Below, piece after piece: positions 26,653 through 39,253 of a DNA stretch of 64,000 nucleotides (within the stretch, counting starts at the first letter, position 1; each line of letters begins with the position of its first letter). Source of the stretch: Selaginella moellendorffii (Eukaryota > Plantae > Lycopodiophyta); contig NW_003314324.1 in NCBI RefSeq assembly GCF_000143415.4, forward strand, positions 348,011 to 412,010, in the 5' to 3' direction. A program made the translations under genes and the position numbers. The notes under the pieces are model-generated. The model was not told where the DNA came from. It did no database searches and saw only the letters and a program-made list of their open reading frames with translations.

Positions 26653-28214
26653 ATGTACGCACTCCATTTGGGTGACAACGCTGGAGCAGGGCTAGGCGTC
26701 TTGAGTTCCTCGTCGGCCGATCTTCCGGATCACCATCGCTCATCAGTGCTCCAGCAAAGGGAGTTTTTCACCAGGGATGCCTTCGCGCAGGGATCATCGC
26801 GCGCATCAGCTGCGGCGGCGGCGGCGGAGGAGGAAGCATACTATCGATCAGCGTCGTCAAATCTTTCCAGCCTTGCTTCTTCGTTCCACCATCGGCTGGA
26901 TCACCCGGAGGTTCCTCCCGCCGAGGCAGTGTTCTTGAGTCGGGATAGGCCGAGGAGCACCTTGGAGAGATCGACGAGGGCGAGTTCTAGAGTCGACTTC
27001 TCGGCGGATCGGTATCAAGAACACCACATTCCAAACTTATGGGATCAGGCATCGACTTCCAGCAAGCCCGCGGCCACGGCCTCAATCCAAGCCACTCCAT
27101 TCATCGGGTCTTCGCGGCTCCCGGAGGCCCAGCTTCTTCCTCCTCCGCTTCATCACCATCAAGCGATATCGATCCAGCACGATTTCAACGACGCGGCCTC
27201 CTCGGAGCACCATCGGAACCCATCGCCGACAAGCTGCGATATCATCGCTCCTCCCCAATACAGGATCTACAAAACGACCGCCGCCATTAACATCAACGCC
27301 ACCTCTGGCGCGAGCACCTCCACCGCCGCCACCATTACCAACACCACCAGCGCATGCAAGGAATGCGGCAACCAGGCCAAGAAGGATTGCCAGTTCCAGC
27401 GATGCCGGACGTGCTGCAAGAGCCGCTCGTTCGACTGCCAGACCCACGTCAAGAGCACTTGGGTCCCCGCGGCGCACAGGAGAAATCGAGGCGCCGCCGC
27501 GCACGCCGGCGGCGACGCGATGATCGACTCCTCCTCCTACGATCACGAATCCAGCGGGCTACCGCGATCCAAACGTGCCCGCGGTGGCGGCTTTCGGCTC
27601 GTGGGTTCCACGGCCTCGGCATCCTCCTCCGGCTCGCAGCACGACTCGGACACGCCAATCTCGGGTAAGTTTTGGGGTTTGACCGGGCTTGACCGAGCCT
27701 GATCGGGGTGTCTTACCTGCTTGACTTTCGTTGACTGGCTTCTGGGCAGCCGCATTTCCGGCCGAGGTGCGCGCGCAGGCGGTGTTTCGATGCGTAAAGT
27801 TGACCAGCGTCGAGGACGGCGAAGACGAGTACGCGTACCAGACAACGGTGAGGATCGGGGGCCATATCTTCAAGGGTGTTCTTCACGACCGAGGCATTGA
27901 AGCTGGACAACAAGACTCGTCCAGTTTCGGTGGTACTTCCACCGCGTCCCATCACCTCGTCGCCAAATCCATGGCGCCATCAGCGACTGTTAGCGCTGCG
28001 AGCGATCCAGCGCTAGCAGAAGCAGCAGCAGCAGCAGCGACAGTGGCCTCTACAGCCACATTATATGGACACGGAGGAAACGTACTCCTTGAAGGTTCTT
28101 CTAGACTCCTTTCACCAAAGAAAAATCTTCTTGGTTTTGGGTCATGGGCTTTGGATCTACGTGATTCTGGTTGCTGCAGAGATGCGAGGTGGCGTCGGAG
28201 GCACCAACTGGTGA
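26653..28214 (+). CDS. SRS: SHI/STY (SRS/LRP1) family transcription factor; exons ~26653-27664, 27750-28094, 28179-28214
   Basis: RING-like finger [12 protein letters not shown]...[24 protein letters not shown] and IGGH domain (FPAEV...[18 protein letters not shown]). The last intron and the stop are uncertain; unspliced, the frame ends at 28300. Confidence 0.88.
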
Positions 28215-28846
28215 AGTCTTGCGAGGGGAGCGAATCAATCAGTCGAATTTTTGGAGTTTTGGGTACTAGATGGAAGAACTGGATATCTTGTTTGAGGTGA
28301 GTGATGTGAACTTCCACTCGAGAAACTCACAAACATCCTTGTCTGTGACAGGTTTATATCAGTATCATCATCTTTACCACCGATTTTTTAACTCTTTTGT
28401 ATATGTCTAGATCCAGGATTAACTGGCAGCACTAATCACCCAAGTGTAACGAGTGAATCACTCAAAGCTATGGAATCGAGCCCTCCTTCCATGCAAAGCA
28501 AAGGAGTCAATGCTTGGATCCAAAGAGAAAAAAATATATTCCATGAGTAGACGCAAAGCCATGAACGCCAATCACATCGAGCAGCGTGTCCTCATACGGA
28601 TCTTACCGTACGTCTTCTGAGGGATATCCATAATGTTGCTGGACAAGCGGCGCTGTGACGCGCAAGGGGTGGTAGGTTCTTTGGATCGACGCTACAAGCT
28701 CTCAAACTTTTAGCAATCGTCTTCTAGTCTGGTCCCTCTGCCAGGAACAGGGTCCCTCTTGATCGGTAAGTTCGCAAGATCTTGGTGGGCGATCTCTGGT
28801 ATTTGAGGAATCGAAATGTGAGCTTGCAATGCAGATCCAGGGGATC

Positions 28847-30436
28847 ATGAAGCGCGGGAGTTTGATGTTGCTGGGTCTTCTCCAGGCGGCTTTGGTGCTT
28901 TCTTTGATCCAGCACGGCCATGGCTGGGACGAGTACCTTAAACCACCGGCTGGAAACAGGCAAGAGCTTGAGTAACTCGGTTTTGGTTTTTATCGTTCTG
29001 GTTGGAACCTTGGCAGCCCTCATATGAGAGTGAAGACTTCGAATGGCCACCATAGCTACAAGTGCTCGTGCGAGAAATGGGAGCTAACCGCAGCCTCGGC
29101 CGACCTGCTCAGCACCGTCGACTCCAAAACTATAATCGGCGCCTACTCTTTCTCCAGAAACTCAAACTCCAATTCCAAGCACCAGGGAACTTGGACCTTG
29201 TTTAACAATCCAGCCGACGCCATCGAGTCTGGAGCTCGTGTGAGCGCTGTTACTGGTAAAGAAGTTCTGGAAGTTCTAGCAAAGTTCTAACTTTTCTCTT
29301 GATTCCAGCAAAGGTGATACTTTCGTATCCAATCCCCGGGAGCTTATCCGAGGCTCTCTTGCAAGTAACCTCTCACCACTTCGAGGGCCAGAGCGGGCTG
29401 GTTTCTTACATCCAGCGTCTCAAGCCGCAAGGTGGCGTGCCAATGACGAACTCGTGCCAGCGTCCTCACGAAGTGCTCAAGGTTCCATTCTACGCCGAGT
29501 ATCAGTTCTGGAGGCAAGACGTGGTGCCACCCAGCGTCCCATACTCGCTCGTCGTGCCCTCGTCCGTGAAGCCGGTCCAGAGCTTGTTTGGCGAAGGGGA
29601 GGTCCTCTACTTGTTCAACGGTGAGAGCTGGGAGCAAAGGTACGCGTTTGCGAAGCTCTACGACGTTCCCGGCGGCAAGAAGCTGGGGAGCTACTACATC
29701 AAAGCTAGAGGCGCGGGCGAGTCGTATGGAACGCACTTTTGGGATCTCTCCAATCCAAATGGCGTCCAAGTCGTGGGGAGAGTTACCATGCCTCCGGTTA
29801 GCGTCTCGAACAGCAGCCTTCCGTGGTTGACGACCACAATCACTGCTCACACGGGATCCAAGTAAGCTCTTCTTCTTCGATCTCTTCTTTCGCTTGTCAC
29901 TTTTGTTCATGGCTTTGGATTTCTTCTAGTTTGTTGCTTGAAGACTTTTGTTCATGGCTTTGGATTTCTTCTAGTTTGTTGCTTGAAGACTTTTGTTCAT
30001 GGTTTTGGATTTCTTCTAGTTTGTTGCGTGAAGACTTTTGTTCATTGTTTTGGATTTCTTCTAGTTTGTTGCGTGAAGACTTTTGTTCATTGTTTTGGAT
30101 TTCTTCTAGTTTGTTGCTTGAAGACTTTTGTTCATGGTTTTGGATTTCTCCGAGTTCTTTGTTCAGACCTAGTTTGAGTTCGTTCCTATGGTTTTTCTGG
30201 TGTGTTTTTAGACTTTACTTCGTTTCGATGTTAGTTTCCATAAGAGTAATTCCTGAGACGTTTCACAAGTTCTTTTCCTTTCATGGCCACGCAGCTCGCT
30301 CCTAAAGAACGCAAAGGCCGTGCAAATGCTGTCAACTCGAGGTGGTCTCCCCAACAAGAAGAGTCCCAGAGGCAAGCTTTCCAGAGGCCAGTTGTGGAGA
30401 GTTCCGTTCACAGCCGTCTTCTGGTTCTATGGCTGA
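28847..30436 (+). CDS. Secreted protein with two tandem DUF3455-like domains, ~348 aa; exons 28847-28959, 29017-29255, 29309-29861, 30295-30436
   Basis: Exons total 1047 nt in frame. Signal peptide, then two repeats ending VSYIQRLKPQGGVP...VPFYAEYQFW and AVQMLSTRGGLP...VPFTAVFWFY, matching the remembered DUF3455 C-terminal pattern. Confidence 0.72.
29899..30149. repeat. 45-bp minisatellite, ~5.6 copies, in intron 3 of the DUF3455 gene
   Basis: Unit ACTTTTGTTCATGGCTTTGGATTTCTTCTAGTTTGTTGCTTGAAG, with up to 3 substitutions per copy. Confidence 0.95.
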
Positions 30437-31589
30437 TAGCTTGCTCGCTATTTTCACTCCACTCTCGCTCGCTCCAAGAATACGATCACCTCCTGCAAGG
30501 AGATCTCCAGACAAGAATAGCACTTCACCGGATGTACAAACTACGTAAAACGAAGAAAAAAAAAACAAGAGAAAACGAAAGCAATGATATGTCACACATT
30601 CTAAGATACTTGTGAGAAGTTTGATCTGATTGACATATGGTTTTGATGGAGAAATTGATATGGACACGGAATTCGTACTGCCGCCCAGAACTTGAATGTG
30701 CTCAGAGCTGCAAACGAACGAGATTAGCAGTGCACAAAGACCAGGCGCACCACAGGAAAAGCATACAAAAAAGTGTAAGACGACGACGACGAGAGCTGGA
30801 GCTGGCAAGACGGCTTTAAATGCTCTCACTCGGCAAACACCATGCTACATATTGACCTGAAGAAATTTAAAAAAAAATACGTTTTTTTTATAAATGTAGA
30901 TAATTATTCAAATAAGAATGTTTGGAGGCAAAAGGAATGAGTCCATTTTTCCCCTTTATCTTTAAATTCCACATGGGAAAAATGGGACAGCTTCTGGGAA
31001 TTCATGAGCAAGGGGTTGGGTGGTGGCATTTATACTCGTGATTTCATTGTTGAAAGCGAGAGGTATCGACCCTTTTCCTTTAGTTTTTCATCTCTTTTTT
31101 ACGTTTTTTTCTACTAAATTCATCCCAAGATGGAGCATTTGCATGAAAATAAAGAGCAAAAAACTGGAAGAGAAGAGCAGAAAATGGAGAAAAAGATCCA
31201 CAGTGTTTAGCTTTGTGGTCGTCATGCATTGATTATATCACGGGCCGTACAAGACCAGACCGCGTTCGTACACCGCGAAGCTTGAACCCTTTATAAAACC
31301 CTGCACGTCTTTCACCTCCCCTCTCGGCATTCATTAAACGCAGTGCATCCATCCTGCGTGATCCCTGGCATATTCTCTCCCCTCCGCTTCCTCCATAGCC
31401 GCCGACTAAAGAAGCGAAGTAGACGCACTCTGCGCGAAGACAAGTGAGAGAGAAGTAGCAGCTTCTCTTTTACCTCGTTTTTGCTCCCGGGGCCTGTCCA
31501 TGCAGTGGTGGACACAGTCGTCATCCTTGGATCATCGCCCACGATCATCGAGCAGGATTTTTGGATTGATCATCCGGTATTGGAGTGCG

Positions 31590-33612
31590 ATGGAGATAAA
31601 CTCCAGCAGCAGCGGTAGCAGTAGCAGCAGCAGCGGTGTCGGAGACAAGAACTTCATCCAAGTGAGTGGCATCGATGCTTCTCCATCCCCTTCCTCCTCC
31701 TCGCTGTTGATGGTCATCGCCCACGGCTCCGGATCGGCGAGCTGGATGATTAGCATCGCCCTGCTGCTGGCCTGGTGGGTGTTTCTCCACAGGCTGAGAC
31801 AGCGGCATCTGGCCGGGCCCAAGACGTGGCCGCTGCTGGGCTGCATCGTGGAGCAAGCCCGCAACTTCGACAAGCTCCACGACTGGCTACTCGGCTACTT
31901 CAACAAGACGCTCACCTTCTCCGTCCCCATGGCCACCATCAACAACACCTTCACCGCGAACCCGGCCAACGTCGAGTACATCCTCAAGACCAACTTCAAC
32001 AATTTCCCCAAGGTTGATCCCAGATCCCAGCTCCCAGTTTGCTTTCGTAGTTTCTTTCTTTTGTTCATGAGGGAACAACCCATGTTTACAGGGTGACAAG
32101 CTTTGCGGGAGGTTTGAGGATCTCATGGGTCAAGGCATTTTCACCGTCGACGGCGAGAGGTGGATCCACCAGCGCAAGGTTGCCACGGCCGAGTTTGCGT
32201 CGTCCAAGCTGCGCGATTACAGCATCCACACTTTCAGGGACAAGGCGCTGCGGCTGGTCAAGGTGCTGGACTCGGCCTCGCGCTCCGGGAAGCAAGTCGA
32301 CCTCCAGGTAGAAGATCATAACTCTCTAGTGGTGAATTCACCTCTAACTCCTTGTCTGGATGCGAATTATGCGCTCTCGACCAGGATCTGTTCATGAGGC
32401 TGACACTGGACTCGATATGCACGGTCGGGTTTGGAGTTGGCGTTGGGTGCCTGTCGCCGGATCTGCCGTTTGTTCCATTCGCGGCCGCGTTCGACGAGGC
32501 AATGCGGCTCATCATCCGGAGATATGTGGACGTTTTCTGGAAGATCAAGAGGGCCGCGAGCATTGGATCGGAGGCCCGGCTCGCGCAGTGCCTCAAAGTG
32601 GTGGACAGTTTTCTCTACCAAGTTATCAACCGGAGGCGAGAGGAGATGAAGAGACTATCCTCGGAGGTATAGAACGTTACAATCGTCCAGTTCAATTCGA
32701 GCGTGAATTGCATTGATCCTTGTTTTCTCAGGCTCGAGCGGACTTGCTATCGCGATTCATGGTGCTGGAAGGCGAAGAGGCCTACACCGACAAGATGCTG
32801 AGGGACGTTGTGATGAACTTCATGGTGGCGGGGCGAGACACCACCGCGCTGACGCTCTCGTGGTTCTTCTCCGAGCTTTGCAAGCACCCGGAGGTGGCGG
32901 ACAAAATCGTCGCCGAAGTCTCCCAGGTTCTAGGAAGCAAGCAGCAGAAAATTCCCAAGATTTCCGACAGGAGCAGCAGCTTCGACTATGGACTGGAGCA
33001 GGAGATCCTGGATCTTGCGGAGCTGCTGGACTACCAGACGCTCAACAAGATGCAGTATTTGCATGCCGCTCTCACGGAAGCTCTCCGGCTCTATCCAGCA
33101 GTCCCTCTCGTAAGAACACAAACTCCTCGAGATCTCACTCACGCCAAATTTTCTCTTTGCAGGACACCAAGCAAGTTATCGAGGATGACACGCTCCCGGA
33201 TGGAACGAAAGTCCGAGCAGGCCAGTTCGTGAGCTACGTTCCATACAGCATGGGAAGATTGGAACACATATGGGGACCCGACGCTACCGAGTTCAAGCCA
33301 GAGAGGTGGCTCAACTCGAGTGGTGTCTATCAACCGCAATCTCCATACAAATTCACAACTTTCCAGGTAAACTTCTCTTCGAGAACTTTGTTGATTGTTC
33401 TCGATTATCATCTTGAACTCTTTTGTTTCCAGGCCGGGCCACGAATGTGCCTGGGAAAGGACTCGGCATATCTTCAAATGAAGATGACCACCGTGATGCT
33501 GCTCAAGCTGTTTAACTTCAGCCTGGTAGAAGGCCAGAGCCTCGACTATAGAATGATGGCAGTGCTCTACATTGCCGATGGCGTCCAAGCCAAAGTCACG
33601 AGAAGGGAGTGA
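31590..33612 (+). CDS. CYP704: Cytochrome P450, CYP86 clan, CYP704(B)-like fatty-acid omega-hydroxylase, 6 exons
   Basis: GPKTWPLLG...NFDKLHDW, PANVEYILKTNF, I-helix AGRDTT, EALR, FKPERW and heme motif FQAGPRMCLG. Confidence 0.88.
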
Positions 33613-33782
33613 AGAAAAGAGTGTGGAAGCGCTGGAGATTCTTTATTCATCCTTTAGGCCTTAGTTGCAATAACGAGATCGATGCAGCTTTGCATGCTTG
33701 TGTGCATACACCACCCTCGATAGTTCATCGGGATAAATTCTTACGCAGAGGTGCCTGAGGAATGAGAAACGAGAAAAGCTCG

Positions 33783-35270
33783 TTACTTTTGTAAGCTATC
33801 ATCGCCGAAAACCTCTTTAATTCTCTCGGCGGTGAAACGAGCAACCCATTCCGAGCCAGGCTTTGTGCAGCAAAAGTCGTGTGTGATGTCCTCGCTTTGC
33901 ACCACCGCGGTTTTTAAGCCTGGGACGTGTTCATGGACCTGATGAATAAAAAAAACTCTTATTCTAAGAAGCTAAAAGAAGAATACTCACTTGTTCCAGC
34001 AAGCTCAGGGGACCCCAATGATCGTCTATCCCAAACAAGAAGCAGACTCTCCTGTGATTCTCTCTGAGAAAGTCCCAATCGACCTCCTCTTTGAGCTGCA
34101 TGATAAGAAACAATAAACCTTGAAAACCATGACAACAAATTGCGTACCTTTGCAAACTCTGTCATCCCCATGTACGTGAAGTTGGCAACCATGGAGCTCT
34201 GAAGTCCTAGTTAAAAACTGGAGCACAGAGTGTAAGAAAGAATTTTACCCGAAGAAGGTATTTACAGGTTGTGTCGACTGCGCACGGCCCCCAGGCCCTT
34301 CCCACAACAGCCTTGACAAGCCGTCTGGAAATCCACGCTGGAGAGTGGCCCAGTAAACCTGCGAGTGAGCTCACTGTCGCACGCATCAATGAGCTCCTGT
34401 ATCGATAAAGAAGAAGGACAAGAAAAAAAGAAAAAACGAGCGTAAGAAACTATAAGAATGTCACTGACTTACACTTACTCGCAAATCGCTTTGAGCACCG
34501 CTTGTTTCAGGGAGTCCGGATTTGTTTTCAGAAAGGGGTGCAAGCCGATCACGCACTGTAGCTGGACGAAGAAAAGCATTAAAAAAGTGTGTTGTTTGTT
34601 GCAAAGATGGGAGCACACAAACCTTGTTTGGGAATCTCTTAAGGAGCTCGAGAATTATGTACGCGCCAATGGAGTGGCCGACCTTGAAAGCTCTACAGGA
34701 TCAGCAAGTGATATGAAAGCATCCTTTTTAACTTTTGAGGAGCTTACCAGGACTGTTGGGAGGTCCGAGTTTATATATCGCTCTTCCAGAAACCCAGCCT
34801 GCAAGAGAAAACTTGAGAGCTGTTGCTAGATGAGACTCAAGTCTCACCTTGTGATCAATCTGTTGCTGCAAAGAAAATTTCTTGCCTTTCTCATAGTCCT
34901 GGGAAACGAATTTGTGTCAAACACTTGAATGCGGGGAAAGTTAGATTTTTACATGAGCGGTATGCGCGATATGTCCAATGGCTGCCACAAGAGAATTCAT
35001 CAGAATGTGGAGATGGAAGTTTCAGTCACTCACCTGTGATGGAAGCTGCACCTTCAAAGTGTTTGGAGAGAGCAGCGAGATAATCCTTGTAAAAACCCAC
35101 AATGCCTGGATTCCCAGGAACAAAGACAATGTGAAGCCGAGGCATGGAATAAGGTTTGAGCTCCAGCAGCTCTGTGGCATGCCTGAAAAGCCCCAAAAGC
35201 TTTGAGGAAGGCAAACAGAGAAAGCGCTCACTGCTTACCCACAAACGCTCTCCACTCGACAGACCGCCAT
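33783..35270 (-). CDS. LDAH: Lipid droplet-associated hydrolase (LDAH/DUF2305-type alpha/beta hydrolase), multi-exon
   Basis: FVPGNPGIVGFY, nucleophile elbow GHSIG (~34665-34680), FLFGIDDHWGP and His motif THDFC. The 3' end may splice to a further short exon. Confidence 0.82.
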
Positions 35271-35641
35271 AACTCTGCCCTAAATTTTGGAATATTTCTG
35301 GAATATCGATTATTTACACTCAAACTTCTAGAATATAACACCAAAAATCATGGCAATAAGCATGTCACACAAAGTAAAATAATATAACTCTACAACTTTT
35401 ATTAAAACTCACTCAAAAACCTAATGTATATATGATTGTGCATGGGAGTTTATATTTTTTGTTTTGAGTTGCATCCAAAAATATTATGTATATAATCACT
35501 TTTCAATTTGCAATTATATGTATAATATTTTTGTTATGGGATATGCCATATATGCATGGGATATAACACATTAGACTACTATAGAAGATTGATGCCACAT
35601 CATCTCAAATAATATAATGTCATTGTAAGTCTAGCAAGGTT

Positions 35642-37354
35642 TTCTTATTTCATTTTTATGTCATTAAATGTAAATTTATGATCTTTTGATTGTGATAATT
35701 TTGCTTATCCTTTGCACATGTTTTATTCACATCTCATTCCATGTGGTTATTCTTCATTTTTCATGGTTTGGAGGCACAATGCACTAATGTAAACATGGTG
35801 CTTCAATTACTTTTATAAATGCTTTTCATTTATTGTGACTTATTTGCAGCACAACACTTCAATCTAGGTAGCAATTTATTTGCATAGAAACAAGCGTGAT
35901 CAATTAGAGCATAAACATGAGTATAAAACCATTTTTGGATGATCAGGGCATTTAATGCAATGGTTTTTCCATGAGTAAGTGGATTTTATTATAACTATAG
36001 TAAAGTATTAGTCCATTAATTTTTTATATTTTAAATCACATATACATATTTTTAGCATTACAATAATTTGTTAATCTTGAGGGTGTTAGTTTGTTAAGTT
36101 TGGGCTTAATATGCAAAACAATTTTCATTACTCTCACTAATAAAGTACCTTAAGTATGCAATAATGGCAAACTCATTTAAAAGACATTCAAGCTCTAGCT
36201 CACATATTGAAAAAACCCATTCCCACAAGCTTATTAATATGTTAAAAAATCTAATATAACATTAAAATTTGTGTAGCACAAAAATCACATACATAGCGCA
36301 AATTTGAACTTTGTAGCAGGCACCAACGTATGCCCACCTATAAAAAATTTTACACCTTATGTCCTTGCCTATGATATGTCTTATTTGTTTAACTTTATGT
36401 CTTTGCCTTTGACATGTCTTAAAAAAAGCTAATGCCTAACAATTTTGGTGTTTAACAAAAAATGAGTCTTTTTCTGTCTTCTTCACCCACTTCAATGTTT
36501 TTTTATAATATATATTCAAGATGATTACCTATGATAAAGAATCAACTTCTTATAGCTTACTTACCTAAACATGCCCTCACCTACACTACAACAAAAAACA
36601 CTCAATGTATTTGAATAAATCCTTCACTTCATCAAGGTCAAACAAGAGAAAAAATACATAAATTTTTCTATCTCATTTTTATGTCATTGAGTGTAAATTT
36701 ATGATCTTTTGATTGTGATAATCTTGCTTATCTTTTGCACATCTCACTCCATGTGGTTATTTTTCATTTCTCGTGGAGGCACAATGCACTAATGTAAACA
36801 TGGTGCTTTAATTACTTTTGTAAATGCTTTTTATTTATTGTGACTTATTTGCTGCACAACACCTTAATCTAGGTAGCAATTTATTAGCATAAACGCGAGC
36901 ATGATCAATTAGAGCACAAATGCGAGTATAAAACTTTTTTTAGATGATTAGGGCATTGAATGCAATGGTTTTTCTGTGAGTAAATGGATCTTACTATAAC
37001 TATAGTAAAGTATTAATTCCATTAATTTTTTGTATTTTAAATCACATGTACATATTTTTAGCATTATAATAATTTGAGGGTGTTAGTTTGTTAAGTTTGT
37101 GCTTAATATGCAAAACACTTTTCATTACTCTCACTAATAAAGTAGTTTAAATATGCAATAATGGCAAACACAACCCATGACATTTAAAGACATTCAAGAT
37201 CTAGCTTGCATGTTGAAAAAACTCATACCCACAAGCTTATTAATATGTTAAAAAATTTGATATAATGTTAGAATTTGTGTAGCACAAAAATCACATATAT
37301 GGCATGGACTTGAATTTTGCAGCAAGCACCAATACATGCCCACCTATAAAAAAA
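35642..37354. repeat. ~700 bp direct duplication (35642-36347 and 36666-37354) in AT-rich decayed DNA
   Basis: The two segments are collinear, from 'catttttatgtcatt..tgtaaatttatgatcttttgattgtgataat' to 'tgcccacctataaaaaa'. Confidence 0.88.
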
Positions 37355-38504
37355 GTTGTGTTTAAAATATTATTTTGTGAGTAACACATATATATTATAA
37401 AAATTTAAGCACACATGTAAATTTTTATATATATTTTGCACACTTACACTTGCTAAATTGGCCACCCCAAGTACCCTTCCCCCAAAAAAATAAATGGCTT
37501 ACCATACTAGAATTAGTAAGTACATATTAGATATAAATTTCATGATTATTACCACATAAAATCATGTTTTTGTCATGAGAAAGTTTTTTATTTTATATAT
37601 TATTTTATACAAGAAACAAATCCACTTAAACCACTTACAAAATGGTAAAAAGCTCCAAAAGCCTTCACCACACTTAAAATAAATTTTAATATGGAAGAAA
37701 AATTATAATATCTTATTCTAAACTCAATTAAATCAAGTATGCAAACACTTTATAGAGAGATTTTGAATAGATTTATTAATAAAGCTCAGAAAAATTGAAA
37801 TGATCAATTCATTATAATTTCAAACTTTCAAAAAAGTGTTATTTATTGCATGGAGGAAATTTTTTTGTATATTACGATCTAAAAGTAAAATTTTGTCATC
37901 CTTGTGATCAAGGTGTAGAGCATGATAAAATCTATTAACCTAAAGCCAATATTGAATAATAAGAAAAAGCAAATAAAGAAAAAATAACTGTCAATAAAAA
38001 AGAATACTTTAATTTTATCATAAAAAATTTATAATATAAATAAAATTTCCCAAAGAAATAATTTTTACTAATTAAATAATAAATGAAATATTTAGAAAAA
38101 ATGCATAAGGATATAGTTATATAACAGAGGTTTAGACAATTTTTGTTAAGTACTAACTTAAACTATATTATGCATGTTTCTCATCACCTAACTAAAAACT
38201 CGATTGTGTCATTGTATCATTAACTTTATGTCCTTGCCTTTGACTTGTGTTGACATGTCTTTAACCATTTTTGGTGTTTAACAAAAAATGAGTTTTTTTT
38301 GTCTTCTTCACCCACTTCAATGTTTTTCTACAATATATGATAAAGAATCAGCTTCTTACAATATATATTCAAGATGATTGCCTATGATAAAGATCAGCTT
38401 CTTACAGCTTACTTACCTAAGCATGTCCTCACCTGCACTACGACAAAAACACTCAATGTATTTGAATAAATCCTTCACTTCATCAAGGTCAAACAAGAGA
38501 AAAA
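36390..38504. repeat. ~270 bp direct duplication (36390-36653 and 38221-38504) carrying decayed minus-strand exon-like pieces
   Basis: Shared 'gtcttcttcacccacttcaatg' and 'ctcaatgtatttgaataaatccttcacttcatcaaggtcaaacaagagaaaaaa'. The minus strand reads FDLDEVKDLFKYIEC...|GTAAG. Confidence 0.8.
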
Positions 38505-39253
38505 ACAAAAAAAAAAAATTAAAAAAAACCCTGTGTACATTGGTCCTATTGTTCAAGTGGGAGTTTACTACTTAGAGGACAATTCTCTTCCATACGAATT
38601 AAATAGCTTTATGCATCAGTTTATCAATTGACCTTTTAAAAAGGGACAAAAAGGAAGTAAATACTTCTGATATTTCTTTCACATTACCTGAATTGATCCT
38701 GAATTACTATTTTTCTAACATTCTCTGTTTTTAGAGAGAGAGAGGAGCTTAGTTGACATCTGGTCTTGTGATTAACTGTCTTGTTTGGAGTGTACCTCTT
38801 AACTGGTATGGTTTAGGGGAATTTGCAAGTGGTTATGGAAACACAGTAATCCTAAAAGTTGGGAAAGGTCTTGAGAATCTAGCTGGTGGTGAGCGAGTAC
38901 AAGGGAGAGCGGTTGAGGTAGTTGCGTGTTGATGACGACCCAGAATCAAGCATTGGTGCAACACCAGACACCCAATACCTAAACAGTTTTAAAGATGCAT
39001 GAATGAATATGTGTGGGATGTGTGATCGCAAAACAAATGCCCACCCATCAAATGGCATCTCAAAGCGCATTAATTGGAAGTAAATTTTACGCAAGAACTG
39101 GGCCTAGGAGGGGGGTGGATGCGGCCCCATTCTTGCTTAGCCGCCCACTCCACTAGAGCTCTACCCTTCGCCCTTTTGACCACAGTCAGAATCTCTTTAA
39201 AAGGTTTGGACACCGTTTTGCCCTAAATTCGGAAGATTCTTTCTGCCAGAGAC

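Noticed and set aside
29899-30149. CRISPR-like array, or repeat-protein ORFs 29823-30305 and 29938-30177
   Set aside because: Head-to-tail units with no unique spacers, inside an intron; the ORFs arise because the unit length is a multiple of 3.
36584-38450. CACTA transposon termini (CACTACAAC at 36584, CACTACGAC at 38436)
   Set aside because: Both are in the same orientation within a direct duplication; no inverted partner was found.
39114-39156. GC hairpin followed by CTAG ~100 bp before the Lnt-like ATG (possible Helitron 3' end)
   Set aside because: Large loop, not followed by T, and no matching 5' end; insufficient support.
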